From contig OX597829.1 in assembly GCA_951406725.2 (NCBI GenBank), forward strand, positions 53,506,001-53,570,000: DNA of 64,000 bases, read 5' to 3'. Shown one piece after another: positions 25,371 to 37,975 of this stretch; the stretch's first letter is position 1, and the number at the start of each line of letters is the position of its first letter. The DNA is from Octopus vulgaris (taxonomy: Eukaryota). Made by a program: the position numbers and the translations under genes. The notes beneath the pieces are model-generated. The model was not told where the DNA came from, did no database searches, and saw nothing but the letters and a program-made list of their open reading frames with translations.

Positions 25371-26009
25371 TTGTTATTTTTTTTTCCTTGGTTTTGATGG
25401 TTTGGGAAATATAACAAAAAATATACACACTGTATTGATATTTGATTTAAATATGAAATAATTTTTTTGAAATAGATCATCATCATCATCATCATCATTT
25501 AACGTCTGTTTTCCATGCTGGCATGGGTTGGATGGATTGACTGAGGTCTGGAGAGCCGGCAGCTGCACCAGGCTCCAATCTGAACTGGCAATGTTTCTAC
25601 AGCTGGATGCCCTTCCTAATGCCAACCACTCCAAAAGTGTAGTGGGTGCTTTTTATGTGCCACCGGCAAAGGAACCAGTCAGGTGGGCCTGGCACGAAAT
25701 CATAATAATAATAACTTCAAATTTCAGTAAACAGCCAGCAATTTTAGTGTGTGTTTACGTGTATGTGTGTGTGGGGGGTTTAGTTGCTTGTGTAAGCCCC
25801 AATACTCGTCTGGAACTTATTTTATCAAATAAGGGTGGAAGGCAAAGATGACCTCAGTTGTATTTGAAATCAGAACTTCAAGAGCTGGAAGAAATGCTGC
25901 TAAGCATTTTGTCGGACGCACTAATGATATGCCAGAAAGTATTTTCTCTGACATGCTAATGATTCTGTCAGCTCATTACCTTGATGAAGATAACGATGGT
26001 GATGACAAT

Positions 26010-26148
26010 TGTAGTAGTAGTAGTAGTAGTAGTAACAATGGTAGTGGCAGTAGCAGTAGTAGTAAGTGGCGGTGGTATTAGTGGTAACAGTGGTAGTAGT
26101 AGCAGCAGCAGCAGCAACAGTATTAGTATTAGTATTAGTAGTGGTAGT

Positions 26149-26179
<31 letters not shown>

Positions 26180-26211
26180 ATAGTTAGCAACAGCAGCAGC
26201 AGTAGTTGCAA

Positions 26212-26255
<44 letters not shown>
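26010..26255. repeat. (TAG)n(CAG)n(TAA)n compound microsatellite
   Basis: Read directly. Confidence 0.9.
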
Positions 26256-26257
<2 letters not shown>

Positions 26258-26734
26258 CTAATTTCAAATTTTGGTACAAGGCCAGCAGTTTTAGAGAAAG
26301 GGCCGACTTGATTACATTAATGGCAGTGTTTCATTGGTACATAATCTATTGAAAGAATGAAAGGCAAAGTTGACCTCAGCACCGTTTGAACTCAGAACGA
26401 AATGCTGCTAAGTATTCTACAACAAACAAACTTGGTGTTGATAATTTTACAACCAGGCAGATAAGATTACTTGTTTAAATTCATGTGAAATTTTTCCCCT
26501 TAAAAGAAACATTTAAATTTTTTTAAATGTAAAATGATCTGGAATTTATCAAAATAATTATGAAATATACAACAATACAGAAAGGAAAAATAAAAAAAAT
26601 ATCTGATACTAAAATACTTCGTCTGACCAGTCAATTCGTTAAGATAAAGGTCACAAGGAAATATAGGAAAAATACTGAATCGGAGGAAACTGATGGCAGT
26701 CAGCATCAACAGAAGTTAAACCATTAGAGTTTTT

Positions 26735-27200
26735 ATCTTTTTATTTCTGGCTTGTTTCAGTCATTATATAGCGGCCATGCTGGAGCACCACTTTGAAGAA
26801 TTCTTTAGTTGAATGAATCGATCCCAGTACTTATATTTTATTTTAAGCCTGGTACTTATTCTATTGGTCTCTTTTGCTGAACTGCTAAGTTATGGGAACA
26901 TAAACATACCAACACTGGTTGTCAAATGGTGGTTGGGGGACAAACACAGACAGAATGATATACAGAAACACACACACAAACACGACACACTCCACACACA
27001 CAGTCAAACACATACACACAAACAAACACATACACACACACAAACACATACACACACACATATATACGATGGGCTTCTTTCAGTTTTCATCTACCAAATC
27101 CACTCACAAGGCTTTGGTTGGCACAAAGCTGCCACACACTTGCCCAAGGTGCCACACAGTGGGACTTAACCGGGAACCATGTGGTTGGGAAGCAAACTGA
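26735..27200 (-). mobile_element. SINE family A copy
   Basis: Reverse-complement match from head to tail. Confidence 0.75.
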
Positions 27201-27262
27201 AATTGACAGTTAAGTTTATTTAGTATGAAGAGTGGAAATATCCATGTTTCAGGTAATTAATC

Positions 27263-27695
27263 TGAGAGAGAGAGGGGAGAGGTAAGATGGAGAGAGAGAG
27301 AGAGAAAGAAAGAAAGAAAGAAAGAAAGAAAAAGAGAAAAACTAGAAGAGAAAGAGAGATGCAGAGAAAAAGAAGGAAAAAGAGAGAAAGAGAGGGAGAG
27401 ATGGAGAGAGAGATAGAAAAAAAAGAAAGAAAGAAAGAAAAATAGAAAAACTAGAAGAGAAAGAGAGATGCAGAGAAAGAGAAGGAAAAGAGAGAAAGAG
27501 AGATGCAGAGAAAGAGAAGGAAAAGAGAGAAAGAGAGATGCAGAGAAAGAGAAGGAAAAGAGAGAAAGAGAGATGCAGAGAAAGAGAAGGAAAAGAGAGA
27601 AAGAGAGATGCAGAGAAAGAGAAGGAAAAGAGAGAAAGAGAGATGCAGAGAAAGAGAAGGAAAAGAGAGAAAGAGAGATGCAGAGACAGAGAGAA

Positions 27696-27767
<72 letters not shown>

Positions 27768-27812
27768 GTCAGAGAAGACCAGAGAGAAAGAGAGATAGGC
27801 AGAGAGAGAGAG
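27263..27812. repeat. Purine-rich minisatellite: 35-bp unit (AGAGATGCAGAGAAAAGAGAAGGAAAAGAGAGAAAG-like) x about 6, plus (GAAA)n
   Basis: ATGCAGAGAAA recurs every 35 nt between 27468 and 27680. Confidence 0.9.
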
Positions 27813-28109
27813 TAAAGAGGCTGACAGCACAATTGCAAAATTGTGAGAAATTTCCAGACCATGTTATCAGCCAATAAACTCTCTCTCCAAAGCAAGATAA
27901 ATGTCTGAAGTGGATTTTTTTTCACTCCTCACAGCAAATAAACTCACTGCCATCTTTCTTTTTATCATGAACTTTTATTGGTTATTAGTACGTATCTGAT
28001 TACCTTGTTAAGTATAGTGAAGGATTGCCTGCAGCTGCAACAGATATTTTGCCATCTTAATTATTGTTCCTAATTGTTGTTGATAACATCATCACCGTAT
28101 TGCTAAAAC

Positions 28110-28880
28110 TATGAAGGATGTAAGGCATCTGGAAAGTGGAATGTCTTCAAATGCCAAGCACTGCAATAGGTGGAACGTCCACTCTAAGCTTTCTATAGAA
28201 GATTAGTAGAGGGGAAAGTGCGGCGACATTCTTGGGGAGACCTTGGGTGTCAAAGAAGATCAGCTAGCTGCTCCTTTCTGGAGAACTTCTGGCCCGGGAC
28301 CAATGGACAACTTCCAAAAATCTCTGACCTGGCAGTGCTACCAGAGAGCTTGCCTGTTCAAGATTATCTATACAGGCATGGAAGTGTTATCAGCAGAGCA
28401 TGTCCAAGATCCAGCTGTCAACTGAATCCATTGTGAAAAATCACCCTGCCAACTTCCTTTAACTGAGAAGGAAAGGCTGTGCTTATATGTCTGGTGGCCA
28501 TGGCAAAAGAATTTCTATGGTGGATGAGATTGAAGGGTCTGAAGAGAAACACTTTTCTTTTTGGCCAATCCCTGATCAACTTCTTCAAGTTTCACTTGGA
28601 AAGGAAAATAAGGATGGAGAGGGAAGTGTTGTCTTCTAGCCAGTTTGCTGAAAGGTGGATGAAAGTGGCAAGAATGGTGTGGGTGAACGGACCTGCCTTG
28701 AGCATACACCTGTAATTGGAGAAGAAGAAAGGAAAAAAGTCACCTGCCACAAAAGTTAGGTTACCCAAGGTTTTTATGGGGGTTTTCCATGAGTAGTCCT
28801 TGAATATCTCCTTCCTATTGGGGATCACACATTGTTGATTTTTTTTATTGTTTCATTATGTTAATCTTGTTTACATGCAA
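28110..28880 (+). mobile_element. L1/Tx1-clade LINE ORF2 C-terminus (zf-RVT region) and 3' UTR
   Basis: KSLTWQCYQRA/LPVQDYLYRHGSVISRACPR...TES, followed by AKEFLWWMR...FAERW. Confidence 0.7.
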
Positions 28881-28984
28881 AACCCTCACAACATACACTC
28901 ACATACATACACACACATTCTTTATTTTGTCCTGTACTGTCCATAATGTTTTTTTTAATGTAAACACTTTGTGGTTAATAAAAA

Positions 28985-29029
<45 letters not shown>

Positions 29030-29084
29030 CATAATCATCGTCATCGTCGTCATCATCATCATCATCATCGTCATCATCATCATT

Positions 29085-29420
29085 AGTATTGAAGACATTG
29101 CACAGCATCCAATATCATGGTGTTTTTGACTGAAGATATTGTGTCAACCTGTTGGGGTTTGTACTGTCTGTCAAATCACAACAAGGACCTCAGACAGACA
29201 CTGCTTTACGCAATATATGTACAGTTCCAAGTAATGCCAATTTTTGCAATACGCCCAGATTGTTGGGTATTTCTAAAGTTTCCAGATGTTTCTTCATGCT
29301 GGGTGGTATTGAACCCAATGCTCCAATGACAACAGGAATGACCTTTATGCATGACTCATGTAGCTGCCACATCTTGGTGATCTCAATTCTCAGGTCTCCA
29401 TATCTATCAGTCTTTTCTCT
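29085..29420 (-). mobile_element. R4/Dong LINE 3' end
   Basis: EKTDRYGDLRIEITKMW...VIPVVIGALG...LQKLALLGTVHILRK; next to (TTA)n/(TCA)n. Confidence 0.85.
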
Positions 29421-30089
29421 TTCATCATCATCATCATCATCGTTTAACATCTGCTTTCCATGTTGGCATGGGTTGGACAGTTTGACAAAGAACTGGCGAG
29501 CTAGGAGGCTGCACCAGGCTCAAATCTGATTTGGCAAGGTTTCTGCACCAACTACTCCAAGAGTGTAGTGGGTGTTTCTCATGTGCTACTGGCATGGGAG
29601 TTAGTTGTTGTTGTAGTAAGGTGGTGAGCTGGCAGAATTGTTTGCTTGCTGGGCAAAATGCTTAGTAACATTTCATTAGTCTTTATATTCTAAGTTCAAA
29701 TTCTGTCGAGGTTGACTTTGCCTGTCATCTTTTCATTCAGTGTCAATGAAGTAAGTACAAGTTGAGCACTGGGGTTGATGTAATCGACTTGCCCCCTCCC
29801 CTCAAATTTCAGGTCCAATGCCGATAACAGAAAGTATCATGATCATTATTATAATTATTATCATTATTATTGCTATTATATTAAAGGCAGCAAATTGGGA
29901 GAATCATTAGCATACCAGGTGAAATGCTTAGAGGTATTTCATCTGCCTTCATGTTCTGAGTGAAATGATGAACATTGCCTTTCATTCTTTCAGGGTCGAT
30001 GAATTAAGTACCAGTGAAACACTGGGCTCAATGTTATCAACTAGTCCCCTACCACAAAATTTAGGGCCTTGTTATTATTATTATTATTA

Positions 30090-30285
30090 TTTTCTCTTTA
30101 TCACAGGTTTTGTTGGAGCTCCTTGAGTCTTTCTTGCATAATGAGCTTACCATCTGCAACCTACAGTGCCATACTATTTGCTCTTTTCAGCTAATACTTT
30201 CCTGATTATTCTGGTTATGCCAAGGAGGCAAACCTTTTGTAACAGTTCTACTGGGCACTCTATTCTAATTTCCTTTATATACCTC
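30090..30285 (-). mobile_element. R4/Dong extreme 3' fragment
   Basis: CLLGITRIIRKVL followed by a UTR and (TAA)n. Confidence 0.55.
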
Positions 30286-30293
30286 TATTATTA

Positions 30294-30737
30294 GGTGAGC
30301 GAACTGGCAGAACCGTTAGCACGCCGGGCGAAACGCTTAGCGGTATTTCGTCTGCCACTACGTTCTGAGTTCAAATTCTGCTGAGGTCAACTTTGCCTTT
30401 CATCCTTTTGGGGTCGATTAAATAAGTACCAGTTACGCACTGGGGTCGATATAATCGACTTAATCCGTTTGTCTGTCCTTGTTTGTCCTCTCTGTGTTTA
30501 GCCCCTTGTGGGTAGTAAAGAAATAGGTGAGCAAGCTGGCAGAATCATTAGCACACTGGATGAAATACTTAGTGGTATTTCACCCATCAATACGTTCTGA
30601 GTTCAAATTTAGCTGAGGTTGACTTTGCCTTTCATCCTTTCGGGGTTGATAAATTAAGTCCCAGTAAAACACTGGGGTCAATGTAGTTGACTAGTCCCTA
30701 CCCCAATTTCAAGCCTTGTGCCTATAGTAGAAAGGGT
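30294..30737 (+). mobile_element. Two nested SINE family B copies with different tails
   Basis: The young copy at 30294-30527 is bounded by TAGGTGAGC repeats. The second copy ends CCTATAGTAGAAAGG(ATT)n. Confidence 0.8.
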
Positions 30738-30763
30738 TATTATTATTATAATTATTTTTATTA

Positions 30764-30828
<65 letters not shown>

Positions 30829-30834
30829 TAATGG

Positions 30835-31860
30835 GATGCACATTTGAAATCAATGCCTTTGAAACTGATTCACAACTAGTTTCCTCAGATATCGAGCACC
30901 TTTCGAACAATCCTTCATGTTCCTAATAGAGCAGGGTTCTATATTAATACTTCTGTAGTTTTCATCGATCTCAATAAGCAAACTGTCGAATCTGTTGGCA
31001 ACGGTGCCTTGAGCACCTATAACTATTGGGATTACTTTTGCAGAAACCCTCCACAGTCTTTGCAGTTTGCTAGCCAAGTCCTCATGTTTTCCTATTTTCT
31101 ACTGTTTTTTGCTTGTTATATTCTGCAGACACAGACTCAGACACAGCCAAATCTATGATAATGTACTCTTTTGACATTTTATCCAAATTCTGGTAATTCT
31201 GTTTGAATCTCATGGTCATCAGTCTGTATAACCTGTAAATCCCAAAGGACCTTAAACCAATCATTCTCTGCCATGCTCTCCAGCTAGTGTTGGAACCACT
31301 TTCCACTTACCCCAAAACTCCTTTGCTGTAATATACCCCAGTATAATGCTTTGGTTACTTTGGCAATATAAACGTACTTCATCTTCTGTGCCAAAGTACT
31401 TCAAGAACTTATGATCACAACAGACTCCTTTTACTTGTTACTCAATCTACACTTAGCATTTTACATGGTTCTCTCAATTCTTGCCTAAATGACATTCATT
31501 TGTAATAACTGGCTTTAAGCAACCATAAGTCCTTCCCTTTCTTTCTTGTGTTCTTCATTCTTCAATCACAACCAAGATTTATCTGCTGCAGCATCCTACA
31601 TTCGTCTGTGATGCTGACTGCGCATTCCTCTTTCCCAGACGCTTCCCTCTCACTCTTATTTCTCTTCTTTTCTCATATTCTTTCATGATCTCCGCAGCTC
31701 CTTTCTCCTTTTCTCTGGCAGCTAAAATTGGTTTATCGTTTCTGTGCTATTTCTTACAGAACTCATCACGTTCTGCCATCTCCACACTCTCTTCTATCAA
31801 TTTTAGTCCTCTCCTCTCTCTCCTTCCTTCTGTGTTAGGTGTAATCTATGAACACTATCT
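30835..31860 (-). mobile_element. R4/Dong LINE remnant
   Basis: YIIIDLAV...LASKLQRLWRVSAKVIPIVIGAQG; bounded by (TTA)n on both sides. Confidence 0.7.
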
Positions 31861-31861
31861 C

Positions 31862-31910
<49 letters not shown>

Positions 31911-31924
31911 GTTATTATTATTGA

Positions 31925-32190
31925 TTTGGCTCAGGTTTGGTCTTATTCTTGGTACCATTTATGTGGATAATGGGTTATTATTTGTAACTTAAGGTTTACA
32001 ATAGCTTTCAATAGTCTTTCAAGTGATTAGGACCCTCCTGATAATATTTCCTCTCCCTAGGAGACAAACCTTCTGTAGAAGCTCTACAGGACATTCTATT
32101 CTAATCTCAACCATTTGTCTATATCTTTGCTTACAGTTCCCAATGCACCAATTATTATAGGCAAAACCTTTACAATTTTCATATTCCAAA
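31925..32190 (-). mobile_element. R4/Dong LINE 3' end
   Basis: IWNMKIVKVLPIIIGALGTVSK...LQKVCLLG. Confidence 0.75.
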
Positions 32191-32264
32191 TTCTTCTTCT
32201 TCTTCTCCTTCTTCTTCTTCTTCTTCTTCTTCTTCTTCTTCTTCTTCTTCTTCTTCTTCTTCTT

Positions 32265-32295
<31 letters not shown>

Positions 32296-32566
32296 TTATT
32301 ATTATTATTATTATTATTATGGTAAAATTGTTACCACACTTGGAAAAGTGCTTAGTGGCATTTCCTCTGTCTTTACATTCTGAGTTCAAATTCCACTGAG
32401 GCCAACTTTGCCTTTCATCCTTTCGGGGTCAATAAATTAAGTACCATTGAAACACTGGAGTCGATGTAATCGACTAGTCCCTTCCCACAAATTTCAGGCC
32501 TTGTACCTATAGTAGAAAGTATTTTTTTAAATTTTCAAAGTCTTGTGCCTAAAGTTGAAATAATAA

Positions 32567-32618
<52 letters not shown>

Positions 32619-33182
32619 GCTTCCTACATACACTGGAAACTATGCCAACATTATGGAATAACAACAGAAAAAAGATGGTATAGGCACACACCAGAAAAGG
32701 TCACAGAAAACGAGAAAGCAACCATACTCTGGGATATGCCGATACACACAGATAGAGAAATTAAGGCCAACAGACCAGATATAGTTGTCAGAGATCATGA
32801 AGAAAAAAATGCTTTCTAATTGATGTATCAATACCGGCAGATGACAACGTGTCTCTAAAAGAAATGGAGAAACTCTCAAAATACAAAGACCTGGAAATAG
32901 AGGTAACTAGAATGTGGAATCTGAAAACAGAAACAATTCCTATCATAGTAGGTGCATTAGGCATGATAAAAAAATATTCAGACAAATACATAACAAAAAC
33001 ACCAGGACTTACAAACACATATAACATACAGAAAATTGCACTACTAGGCACTGCACACATCCTACGCAGAACACTTTCCATACAATAACCATCAGAGCAT
33101 CACAACAAATCACAGCACATACCCAAGGCACACAGAGCTGCACTCGGTAGTGAAGTGAAAGCACACTATAAAAATAAAACTA

Positions 33183-33185
<3 letters not shown>
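32619..33185 (+). mobile_element. R4/Dong LINE 3' end (RLE endonuclease), young, in (TAA)n
   Basis: WYRHTPEKVTENEKATILWD...ANRPDIVV...IDVSIP...EKLSKYKDL...IPIIVGALG, with one frameshift in an A-run. Long (TAA)n flanks both sides. Confidence 0.92.
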
Positions 33186-33256
<71 letters not shown>

Positions 33257-33522
33257 TAATAATAATAGTTATTATTATTATTATTATTAAATTGGCAAGC
33301 TGGTAGAATCATTAGCAGATAAGCCAAAAATGCTTAGCAGCACTTCATCTGTGTTATGTTGTGTTCAACTTTGTCTTTCATCCTATTGCGGTCAATAAAA
33401 TAAGTACCAGTTGAGCAATGGAGGCAGTATAATTGACCTACCCACTCTCCTCAAAATATCAGACTTTATGCCTAAAGTAGACCTCCTCCTCTCCTCCTCC
33501 TCCTTTTTCTTATTATTATTAT

Positions 33523-34340
33523 ATGAAAATTCACAGCTTATTTTGCTGGGTATGATGGAAAGTGTCAGCTGTCCATAACAGCCAGCAGACTAAGGTGACA
33601 CTTGTTTACTGGTCATACTTCAAGAACCCTGCAGAGAATTCTTGCAGTTCCAAGCAATGCTGATTTTTGTAGGCGTCCTACCTTCACACTTGCACCAGTC
33701 TTTTTCAGCCATGTTAGTAATTGAATACTAATATTTCTAAGTGCACCAATTACTATTGGTATCACATCTACTCTCTTCATTAGCCACAACCTTTGTATTT
33801 TCCACTTTAAATCGTCAGAGTTATTTATTTTTATTTTTATTTCACATTGATCCTCTTGTCTCTGGGGCATACTATGTTGATTATCACACATGTTTTCTTT
33901 TGTATTCACCATAACAATGTCTGGTTTCTGATGTCTGGCCATATCCACAGAATTTTGCAATTTTCATTTTCAGTGACTTATTCTGGAGTTTGCCCGTACC
34001 ATGTCTTTGCTCTTTGTCAGCTGTAATTTCCACAGAGTTCCCAATGGATCATTCTTTCCACATTGTCATGTCTTTTGTATTCACATTGGGCTAATTTCAA
34101 GCATTTGTTAACGATGTGCCATACTGTTTCATTCCTCTCACCACACATTCTGCTTTTGTTGCTATTGGTAGTGTTGTCTATTCTGCACTTCCTATACAAT
34201 TGGTCCTTAACACTTGTTCTTGAGCTGCGCATATGAGTGCCTCTGTCCCTATCTTCAGGTCACTCCTCATCATCCATAGCCATTGGGCCTCTGTATGTCT
34301 TGGCATTCATGTCTCTTGCAAACTGACTACATTTTTTCCT
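33523..34340 (-). mobile_element. R4/Dong LINE remnant with CCHC and RLE domains
   Basis: RMCGERNETVWHIVNKC...YKRHDNV...HQKPDIV...VIPIVIGAL...LQKSALLGTARIL. Confidence 0.85.
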
Positions 34341-34367
34341 ATTATTATTATTATTATTATTATTATA

Positions 34368-34918
34368 AATATTGAGTGAGATAGCAGTGCATGCCATCAA
34401 AGTGACACTGGGCTAAAATATACGAAGCCCAGTCTGACTACCCGTCTGATAAAAGTACACCAGGCACATGCATCACAGCCATATGAGCGCGACATGGTGA
34501 TCTCATATCAAGATAAACAGCGCATGACCTTGCAGGTGGGGCCCAATTAGAATTTCTTTCAGGTTGAGCAGCCCATCCCGCTCAAAAGGTCCCTGAATAA
34601 GGGTTGTTTAAGTATGTTGAATGAACCACCCATGTTTCCAGAGGTGAATTATTCAAACCCCAAAGAATCCCTCTCAACACATGGCTATGATGCTCCCCCA
34701 CTACTTCTGCTCGTGATCAGAGATGCACATATCGTCAGCCTCTAAGGGACATGCTCAACTGGTTACGGTCAAACAACAGACAAGCAAATCTGTGGTATTG
34801 AACAGAATATTTGCTGTAGCCCATCTTTTATACCAAGACAAAACAAAGTACATGATAACACTTCCAATCAGTTAAGATCAGAAGCCATGAGAGCCACTGC
34901 CTGGTACTGCATCAGGGC

Positions 34919-34921
<3 letters not shown>
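34368..34921. mobile_element. Unclassified 550-bp element flanked by (TTA)n
   Basis: Complex sequence, more GC-rich than its surroundings, with sharp (TTA)n boundaries and no convincing ORF. Confidence 0.45.
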
Positions 34922-35165
<244 letters not shown>

Positions 35166-35383
35166 AGTTTCCTCATTAGCATAAGACAGTAAGGGTTGTC
35201 ATATTACAACGTTTTGTGTGTCTTGATTGTCCACTGCTTAACAAGTAATAAGTGAGGATTAGCATTCTCAAGTTACTTTGCAAAACAGTCAACTATATCT
35301 GACTGGGTGACATGTTAAAAACTAGGATAGTGATTTAGTGAAGATGACTTGGTCATTATACTGGTGCATTGGGAATTTATGTA

Positions 35384-35620
35384 GAGATGCATGGCTGAGT
35401 GGTTAGGGTGTTGGACTCGTGAGCATAAGACTGTGGGTTTCAGTTCCTGAACTGGGTGATGCATTTTGTTCTTGAACAAAACACTTATTTCACGTTGCTC
35501 CATTCCACTCTGCTGGTAATGATGAGTAATCCCGTGATGGACCGGCATCCCATCCAGAGTGTAAGTATATACTGTATATGCCAAAGAACCTGGGAAACCA
35601 ACCATTATGAGTCCATAGGG
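35384..35620 (+). mobile_element. tRNA-derived SINE (family D head, third tail)
   Basis: A-box TGGCTGAGTGG and a central TTTCACGTTGCTCCA segment as at 14835-15155, but with the tail GATGGACCGGCATCCCATCCAG. Confidence 0.6.
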
Positions 35621-35799
35621 CTCAAGAAGGATGCTTTATCCTTTTTATTGGGAATTTATACATACATTCATTACACCGAAAAGGCTGTGTTCAGGTTTTG
35701 TTAATATAAAAGAAATGGACATGGAAATGAAAACAAAACTATGTTAATATCAGACTGTGCAAAATCATATAAATTCTATTGATATATTGGAATGTTACA

Positions 35800-36200
35800 A
35801 GTACCTACGCTTATTTCTGATCAGCACCAACTTTCCGTATCTAGTCTTTAAAAGAATCATCTGACCCTTGCCTGATCAAAGTTCCCCACTCAACACCAAT
35901 TCATCACAAAACAAGCTCAATTCCATGATCTTATCAGTAATTAGTAAAATTTCTGCCAATTCTATATTGATTTTTCTTTGGCATCATCTCTAATGAAACA
36001 GCTAAACATATAACTGAAACCATTCTCCAATATATAATCTCTCTGTGTTCCTCAAAAACCCAAAATCTACAACATGTTTGTTCCATATGGTTCTGATAGA
36101 GCAGCACTATTGCTTTACAATTTTGGAACAGTGATTACCATAAATTGCAGAAATAACTTACTGACATCAAGTGGAAGGTAGTCACTGAACGCTAGAACAT
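35800..36200 (-). pseudogene. Possible hAT transposase remnant
   Basis: SDYLPLDVSKVISAIY...; weak resemblance only, with stops. Confidence 0.25.
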
Positions 36201-36655
36201 ACGCAAGATAAACATTGGGAAAAAAAAAAGAAAAGAAAAATAAAGAATGTATCCTGTCTTTAGAAGTGTAAATTAGTTTTCTGATTCTTTTCTCTTTTAC
36301 TTTTTTCTTGCTTCAGTAATTGGACTGTAGCCATGACGTGTGTGTGTGTGTGTGTATACATACATATACACACATACATACACATATATGTATATACACA
36401 TACACAGATATATAATAAGCATAATAAACATATCCATATATTCTGGGTATTCCAAAAATATCCTAATGTAATCCTTATTGTCCTTTGTACATCCTGATGA
36501 TTTTCCATGCAAAGTATTTAAAATACAAAATTATATATTTATATATGATTTGTAATTTCAATTTTATTTGTGAAATGAAACAATTGTAGGTGAATATTAT
36601 GTTGATTAATTATAAACTAATTTGTATCCATTTGATCTCTCTACTTAATAACTCA

Positions 36656-36719
<64 letters not shown>

Positions 36720-36830
36720 TGATATATATATATGTGCGGTTTATTTAATTTATATTAAAATTTCATGTATTGATTAAGTCTTTTCTTGTTTGGTTTTAAA
36801 ATAGTGGTTTTGTCTCGAATTATATTATAT

Positions 36831-36930
<100 letters not shown>

Positions 36931-37075
36931 GGAAAGGAAAAAATAATAATAAGGCAGAATGCTAAACTGAAAGCAAATTTTAATATAAATGGGTGTAAGA
37001 AAGATTATACACCCATTTATATTAAAATTTGATTTAAGTTTAGCATTCTGCCTCACTATTATTATTTTTTCCCTT

Positions 37076-37077
<2 letters not shown>
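36931..37077. repeat. Fold-back palindrome in (TA)n
   Basis: Arms 36931-36997 and 37008-37077. Confidence 0.9.
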
Positions 37078-37123
<46 letters not shown>

Positions 37124-37255
37124 ATGAGGGTTTAGTTCAATGATGATCTAAATGAGTAGGTGTGCTGGGTAAGTGCTGCAACAGATTATTAGGGCTCCAA
37201 GCTTGTAACTGATACAGGAGCTATGGATCCACCTTAGGTTTCTGACTTAGCAGAT

Positions 37256-37479
37256 ATATATTTGTGAAAGGGGACAACAAATGTCGAGGCATAACGAGCA
37301 TCTCAAGTCATATACATTGTTTTATATCATTCTTAAATTAGTTGAGGTCTTACAGCTGTTTCTGGGATATCCCAAGGGGTACAGCTGTAAGACCTCAACT
37401 AATTTAAGAATGATATAAAACAATGTATATGACTTGAGATGCTCGTTATGCCTCGACATTTGTTGTCCCCTTTCACAAA

Positions 37480-37484
<5 letters not shown>
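37256..37484. repeat. Perfect 104-bp inverted repeat with a 21-nt spacer, turning at a hammerhead half-site
   Basis: Arms 37256-37359 and 37381-37484. The minus strand reads GAAA-CAGCT-GTA at the turn. Confidence 0.92.
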
Positions 37485-37516
<32 letters not shown>

Positions 37517-37564
37517 CAAAGAATAATTTTTACCTCTTTTTATGGAGACAAAAGGGTTTATAGG

Positions 37565-37975
37565 ACTGCATGCCAGCCTCGCCTTACTGGCACTTGTGCC
37601 CCGTGCTAGTAGGGTGCTAAGAGCACCATCTGAGCGTGATCGTTGCTAGAGCGGCTAACTGGCTTCCGTGCCGGTGGCATGTAGGAGGCACCATTCGAGC
37701 GGGATCATTACCATCATCGCCTTACTGGCACCTGTGCTGTTGGCATGTGTAAAAGATTCGAGTGAGGTCATTGCCAGTACCGCCTGACTGGCCTTCATGC
37801 CACTGGCACGTAAAAGCACCCACTACACTCTCGGAAGGGCATCCAGCTGTAGAAACTCTGCCAGATCAAGACTGGAGCCTGGTGCAGCTATCTGGTTCAC
37901 CAGCCCACAGTCAAACCGTCCAACCCTTGCTAGCATAGAAAGCGGACGTTAAACGACGACGTCGATGATGATGAT
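37565..37975 (+). mobile_element. RTE LINE 3' UTR copy
   Basis: Tandem GTGCCGGTGGCA units and the standard tail. Confidence 0.8.

Noticed and set aside
27257-27925. Long F/L/S-rich and K/R/E-rich ORFs
   Set aside because: They derive from the purine-rich minisatellite.
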